The position numbers were made by a program, and so were the translations under genes. This document shows, one piece after another, positions 57,694-64,000 of a stretch of DNA of 64,000 nt. Source of the DNA: Ginglymostoma cirratum (Eukaryota); NCBI GenBank assembly GCA_024137785.1, contig JAHRHZ010000268.1, forward strand, positions 62,001-126,000, read 5' to 3'. Position 1 is the first letter of the stretch; each line of letters begins with the position of its first letter. Under the pieces are notes generated by a model that did no database searches, was not told the origin of the DNA, and saw only the letters and a program-made list of their open reading frames with translations.

Positions 57694-58552
57694 TAATACT
57701 TGAGCATTTAATCTAAGAGGTTGGACAGGCAATGTTTCCAAACCAATGCGCCCCTTTGGAGTCCTGTGGTGCAATACAGTGTCCCTACCTCTGGGACAGA
57801 AGGTCAAGGGTCAAAGTGTCATTACATGCCTGAAACGACTACTTAAAAGTATTAATAATCTAAACCATTCATGACTACCAAAACAGCAGTCTTTCAAGCA
57901 ACATATCAAACCAAGGACCCACTGCCTGCAGAGACAGACAGGATATCTCTTGGCACTATTCAGAGAAACACAATTGAGTAATCCAATGCCCTGGATAACA
58001 TTCATCCAACACTATTACAAAATAAGCTACTTCACTGGCAGTGTGGACAGACCATACAGTGAATAAATTGGCTTCCAATTATGCTTATGTAACATTTCAA
58101 AAGTCAGAACTGGCTGTTAAACATTTTGGGGTGTCTTAAGAACAAGAAAGAGTGTAAACGCAACTTTTATTCTTTTATAAAACAATCTTTCAAATAGGTT
58201 TTCATAGTGTGTCACACTTGCAGCCTTGGCACCTTTCCAGAGTTGACGAAAGTCCTGCCGTTCGCATTCCCGAGAACGCCACAGCCGATGACTTTCACTA
58301 ACAGTAAAAAGTGCCAACAGTGCATGCAAAACACAGGGCGTGCGTACTTTTATGCCCGGAAAGTTACAAATGAGTGAACACTGGAGTTGCTGCAGGCAAA
58401 AACATACATAGCAATTATCTTGCAGTTAAGTGAATTTTGCGAAGGATGGGCATGTGAACAGTGGAACTTTCCCATACACTATATTGGGATATGTTGTCAA
58501 TTATCTTGGAACTATATTGAAACATTCAGATAGGTTAACTGAAATTTAAGCT

Positions 58553-58682
58553 CAGTTCTGAGGAAGGATCACCAGACACAAAATGTTAACTCTGCTTTTT
58601 CTTCACAGATGCTGCCAGATGTGCTGAGCATTTCCAGCAACTCGTTTTTGTTCCTGATTTACAGCATCCACACTTTGTTTTA
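58553..58682 (+). repeat. Penelope-type element with degenerate hammerhead motif
   Basis: cagttctgaggaaggatcaccagacacaaaatgttaactctg...cagatgctgccagatgtgctgagc. Confidence 0.7.
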
Positions 58683-59124
58683 TTAATTGAAATTTAAATT
58701 TACCTTCATACAAAATTAAGTAATTTACTCTTCTGCTTTGTCTAATGGATTAGTAGGCAAAATTTTTACAAAATGATTGCAATTAAACTGTGTAACTGGT
58801 CACAATGATACATAATTATTTTATAGGGCGTGAGCAGAGTTTAAATTACTAAAGATTACTTCAAGACTGCACCAAGAAAGCAGGTCTCAAAATAACCAAA
58901 ATCAATTAATGATCTCACAGACGGTGTGTGGGTCAGTCAAGCATCAGGCACGTAAGCGAATACAGTCACCTATGAAACTGGTATAATTTGGGTGGAGGCA
59001 GGTAAATTGGACTACACTAGCTAGGGAAAGAATGAAAACAAGAGACAAAAGCTAACGCCAGCTTTGAGGTGCACTGCTGAATTGAAACAAATTAATATTC
59101 TTCCAACAGCATCATCCAGACATT

Positions 59125-59400
59125 CAATGTCTACCACTTAGAATGACAAGGGCAACAGGTGGGAGGGAACATCAACTACACAAAATCCTTCAAGGTGCAC
59201 ACCATCCTAAATTGGAAAAATTCCCATCACTGGGTCAAAATTCTGGAACTCCCTCCCTTACAGCACCGTTGTTGTATCCAAACCATGTGGACTACAATGG
59301 TTCAAGGTGACTCACCATCACCTTCTCAACAGCAGTTAGGAATGAGCAAAAGATGCTGTCGTAGCCAGCAACACCCACATTCTATAACACAATAAAGAAA
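59125..59400 (+). mobile_element. 3' end of the 9640-family LINE
   Basis: catcactgggtcaaaattctggaactccctccc...ggttcaaggtgactcaccatcaccttctcaa. Confidence 0.7.
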
Positions 59401-60711
59401 ACCTTGCTAAATTACAGAATTGGATTGATGGGATTTATATATTTTTCAGTGAAATTAGGTGTTATATAATGGAATCCCAGTTTAATTCATCAAAATGATG
59501 AAATCCTGCCTTGTATTTCTCATCTGCCTCTCCATTGATAGTGCTTACTGCTTCTTCTCCAGCTGGCAAGAGCTCTCATCCACTAGACTCAAGAGAATCC
59601 CTGCTACACGACATGAATGGCAAACATTTACTGGCCTGAAGCCTCAGTTGCTGCCTCCACACTACTCAATCAAACCTGACTCCTGGTCACTATTATTTAC
59701 ATTGATTCTTCTCCTACAGCAACTCGTGCTCAAAGATTTTAAAATAGGCTTGACCGATATCTCCTACTCTCCAATTCCTCACCTCCTATGGCAAACTCTC
59801 TCCCCATTTCCACTGGTGCTTGCATTTACTCTCACTATCATCTATGTACACAGGTTTCACTGCTTCCTCTCTATTGAATATTCTACCTTCTGCATTGTTG
59901 TTTTACATAAGCAATCTGTTTGTGCACATCACCAACAATGTCCTGTTATGTCGATAACAATACAAGGCAGGTGATTGCTTGATAATAAATATGCAGTCAA
60001 TTGTAGGTGATCCAAAGCTGACAAGTAAACAATTTTATTCTCTTATATAGTGATAGTGAAGTGTGATAGGAAATGGGCGCTACATACTAGATAATGACAT
60101 TTTTTTAATGTAATGTTTCTTCACTACCCATCATGTGTTCTTCTTTCTTATCACGCTCATGGGACTCGGAAGGGTGAACACACCTAATAGTCTGGTTCCT
60201 CGTTCCAGCCATAAAAAACGAACAGCAGAAAGCTTGGTCCCTGACAACTTTCCCTTTCGAAGGCTGGAAGGGCAATAATACAGACCAATTTTCAAAGCAA
60301 CAGGACATAATGAACTCTTTACACCTGATGTATGTTCCAACCCATCACACCTACTTCTTATAGCCCCATGCAGCTCAGTGGTTAAAATTAGGGATAGATA
60401 GTATTGTGAAAATTAATATATAACGATTTAGATTAATGCTCACTCCTGTGTTAGGTCCTGAAAACATTCCAACTATAAAAACAAAATCTGATTTGTGCAG
60501 TCACCATAAATCAGAAGGGGCCTGCGTATTTGTGCTGTTTATCGTTGGTGCACAATCAATGCACCTTCTTGTAATCCAACTGAAGAATGTATAACTGCTT
60601 CAGTATTTTGAGAAGGTAAGCAGAATAAAAATGAGTGTATACATGTGGAGTGGCTGAATGCTCTCCCACCAGTACAGTAATGAGGCAGCACGAATGTGAA
60701 TACAATTATAT

Positions 60712-61270
60712 GGACATATGAATTAGGAGCAGGAACGTTGACATTTAACCCAGCAAGCCTGCTCCACCATTTAATATGGTCATGTTGATCTGACTATAGT
60801 CTCAAATCCACTTTTCTGCCTACTCCCAATATCTTTTGACTCCTTTACGGGACAAGAGTCTGTTTATTTCTACCTTAAAAACATTCGATGGCTATGCCTC
60901 CAATCCTTCGGAGGAAAATAATTCCACAGACTGACAACCCCAAGAAGAAACAAAAAGCACCTCACTCCTTTCATGGATTTTTTTTTTTAAAAGTAGACTT
61001 TGTTTCCTAATTCTATTCTCATCCTTAAGAGGGAAGCATGCATTCGGCATCTATCTGCATAGTACCGTCAGGATCTCATGCTTCAATAAGATCATCTCTC
61101 ATTCTTCTAAACAACAGTGAACACAAGCTCAATCTCTCCAGCCTTTCCTCTTAAGCCAACCTTTCATCGTAGGAATAAGTTGTGAACTTTCTGAATATTT
61201 TGAATATAATGATGTCCAGTCTTACTAAGACCACCAAAAATGTACTCTAAATGTGGTTTCACCAAGGCCC
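60712..61270 (-). mobile_element. Decayed CR1 3' end
   Basis: gaattaggagcagg...cctgctccaccatttaatatggtcatg...ttcaataagatcatctctcattcttctaaac. Confidence 0.75.
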
Positions 61271-62479
61271 AGAGGGTACACACAAGGATGATCATGTTTT
61301 GAAAAAGAAGAACAGGACTTCTGGCCTTCTGGTCTCAGTTCAACTCCCTCCTGTGTGGAATTAATGTCACCCCCATCCACTTGTCAATTCAATGTTGGGA
61401 TTCCTGCTTCCTGTCCATTACCCCATCATCCAATGCTTGCATTCCTGCTTCCAGTCCATTAGCTCGTCATCATTCAGCCAGAGAATGAGGAAGGCTGCAA
61501 ATTTCTAAATCCTTCCAGTTGAACAAACAACATCGTCAAGATAGTTTTCTGTTAAATGTGAAGCAACAGTTCTCCACACTTGGGTTCTCCAAGTTTCAGC
61601 ACACTGTAAACACCAGGACAGACAGCATCATCCAGCTTGATATGCAATTCCACCACCAGGCTCCCATTAGTTCCTATGTACTAACAGTCAACAGAACACT
61701 AGTGAGGTCACCAACATTAAGTGAGGAAATGCTAAGTAGTTCACTTTGGTGGTGGGCCTCATGTGTCCCTATATATTCCAATCACCATGGGATCGTGAAG
61801 CGTGCAACACATGCTCTGTTTTCTTCAGCAGTGATCATTTCCAATTAGTGGTCACACAATTTTTCCATAATGGGTCTCAATACAATAACTGAAAACTATT
61901 TTCATAACAAAAGCGTGACAGTTAAACAGCTCCCCCATTCATACCTCATATCTGGTTAGCTGTGATTTCTATGAGGTTCCTTGAGAGCCAATCAACACCT
62001 AAAACATCTTTCCTAGCACATCCACGATTATCATATACAAGGTTACACAAAAACACACATTTGTCTGCTTGCATCTGGATATCTTCATGATGATGTTTGC
62101 CAGTACTCAGGTGCAGATTAGCATTAGGTGGTTTCCGGTTAATGAAGAGCATGCTTGAAATCAGGGAATTCGAGGTGTCAGCTGGTGCAGCATTCCAATT
62201 TGAGGTATACCAGATAAGGCAAATGTTACTGTATTTTTCATGCTCTCTTCATATCTCTGAATTTCAAATCATAGGTTCCGTACTCTCTAATCCTAGGGTT
62301 CTATTTGTCTGGATATCCACAAGATGCACAGGATGGCACATACAAAAATAAGAGACACATGTGCAGGGAGAATGAGAGAATGACAATTGCATGTATAGAA
62401 CAGCAGACAGAGGGAAAGAGGCACTTGAAGAACAGTTCTACCTCACAATAATGCTTCTAGTTTGCATGTCCCTTGTCTG

Positions 62480-62950
62480 GAGTGTACCTGAGCAGAAACT
62501 TATGGTGGTAACGAATTTAATGAAGTCTTTACTCAAAAACATATTTGGAAAAATGTAGAAATATAATAGTTGCCACGGATTTCAAAAGGTCAGACTTGAG
62601 CAATCTTGTTTTTTGTTGAAGAATCAAAGTGTAGATAAGAGTAATGTAGTGGATTTATGTACATTTTCAAACACTTCTTGCAATGCAGACTCATGGCTGA
62701 GGTCACAGCAGATGTACACATGATAGAAGTGACAGACTGGATTACAAGTCAGTTACAAAATAGAACAGCACAGCAAGTAAAATAAATCCAAATGATGAAA
62801 GAATGGAAATGATGTTTCACAAGGAGTTGAGCCAGGGTCACTGTTGTCTTTTGATCTCATCTTTTAGTTCAATCAGGTGTAGCAAGTCAAAATTTTATGG
62901 ATGTCCCAAGTTTACAGGAATAGTTAACACTGAGAAAGACTAAATGGTGA
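62480..62950 (+). mobile_element. Highly decayed CR1 RT fragment
   Basis: cacggatttcaaaaggtcagacttgagcaatctt...gtagataagagtaatgtagtggat resembles the HGF.KG.SCLTNL...VD.G..VD motif. Confidence 0.5.
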
Positions 62951-63696
62951 TTTTATTCATATGTAGAATGGCCTTCTTTATAAAAATTAATTAAGACAGG
63001 GTTAGAATATGGAACGCTCCCATGTGGAATGTTTAATTTGAATAGTATGATGCATTAAGGCATAAACAGGAAGAGGGTAAGGACTAAAGACATTGCTATT
63101 GTTAAATTTGTGGGCAATGTCACTACCAGGTGGAACACTGCATAACATGCACAAAATCAGTGACACTTGATGATCTGAAAATGTTTATCACGTTTTCATT
63201 ATTTTCATAGCTTAATGGCAACATTACCTAACCAGCTCCTTCATTCAGTGTGCAAAACGTTGCAGCGATAGCAACTACATACCTAGCTATCCATTACCAA
63301 TACTTTCATCATACCTCTTTTCCTTTCCCACTAACGCTGCAATATCATAAGTGCAAATGTGCACACACAGAATGATCAGTTACCATTTTTAGTGACACCC
63401 AGGTTGGATACATATTCTGTCTGCTATTTGGAAATTATGAAGTACTGTGATAAGAGGCTCAAGTATAGCACACATCAGTAGTGCAACACTGTAGCCTGAT
63501 TCCGAGCTGTAAATAATCCAGAAAATGCAAATATTGAGTGGGCATTTTTTTCCCCTTAGTGTAGTAGCCTCCACAGCTACAGTGCCTACCAGACTATTTG
63601 TTTTTAATCCATTCATGGGATGAGACTTCAACTGGATAGACCACCCTGCATTCCAATTGTTACTTATCAGTCCAATCCTGGATATTGACCAGGTCA

Positions 63697-63860
63697 TAAA
63701 CAAAGTTGCTGGAAAAGCTCAGCAGGTCTGGCAGCATTTGCAAAGGAGAAAACAGAGTTAACGTTTCGGGTCCAGTGACCCTTCCTCAGAACTGTTGCTT
63801 TTCCAGCAACTTTGTTTTTGTTCCTGATTTACAGCATCCTCACTTCTTTTGGTTTTTATT
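63697..63860. repeat. Penelope-type inverted-repeat element
   Basis: aaacaaagttgctggaaaagc...gcttttccagcaactttgttt perfect inverted arms around the hammerhead motif. Confidence 0.8.
63756..63793 (-). ncRNA. Minimal type-I hammerhead ribozyme-like motif in a Penelope-type repeat
   Basis: Minus strand reads AGUU-CUGAGGA-A-GGGUC(ACUG)GACCC-GAAA-CGUU-AACU: core, 5-bp stem II, 4-bp stem I, palindromic ACGU in place of stem III. Confidence 0.65.
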
Positions 63861-63915
63861 GACCGGGTCATGCTGCATATGAACATGACTTTCTTCAGTG
63901 TCTAAGGAGTTGCAA

Positions 63916-64000
63916 ATAGAGTCATACAGCATGGAAACAGACCCTTCCGTCCAACTCATCCATGCTGGCCAGGTGTCCCAAACTAAATTAGAACCATTTG
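63916..64000 (-). mobile_element. CR1 3' tail (continues beyond the window)
   Basis: Reverse complement of the 20160-20249 tail (gagtcatacagcatggaaacagaccctt). Confidence 0.85.

Noticed and set aside
59495-59974. 159-aa hydrophobic plus-strand ORF
   Set aside because: No recognisable family; its 5' part resembles 56120-56260, suggesting an old repeat; antisense to WDR33
54227-64000. Search for WDR33 exon 1, promoter or CpG island
   Set aside because: No CpG island or GC-rich promoter seen; probably beyond the window end

Overview
Vertebrate genomic DNA, almost certainly from a cartilaginous fish (shark): it carries HE1/V-type SINEs, Deu-domain SINEs, shark-type CR1 and L2 LINEs, and Penelope-derived hairpins. 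The window lies within WDR33, the AAUAAA-recognising CPSF subunit, on the minus strand. Eight consecutive coding exons (human numbering 2-9; 1006 nt, about aa 1-335) are found with GT-AG boundaries and consistent phases. The non-coding exon 1/promoter (beyond 64000) and exon 10 onward (before position 1) appear to fall outside the window. The most interesting signal is at exon 6, which has a weak donor and reads through into intron 6 as an open 117-aa hydrophobic tail (325-aa product). This tail resembles, from recall, the human intron-retained WDR33 V2 isoform reported as a membrane-associated STING regulator, and it ends in a tight cluster of sense-strand AATAAA signals. That suggests an ancient intronic-polyadenylation switch in the gene for the AATAAA reader itself. 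The introns also carry several minimal hammerhead-ribozyme-like motifs inside Penelope-type hairpin repeats, one with an intact core on the pre-mRNA strand. Most of the other listed ORFs are repeat-derived or chance ORFs. Repeat boundaries are approximate and were judged by eye.
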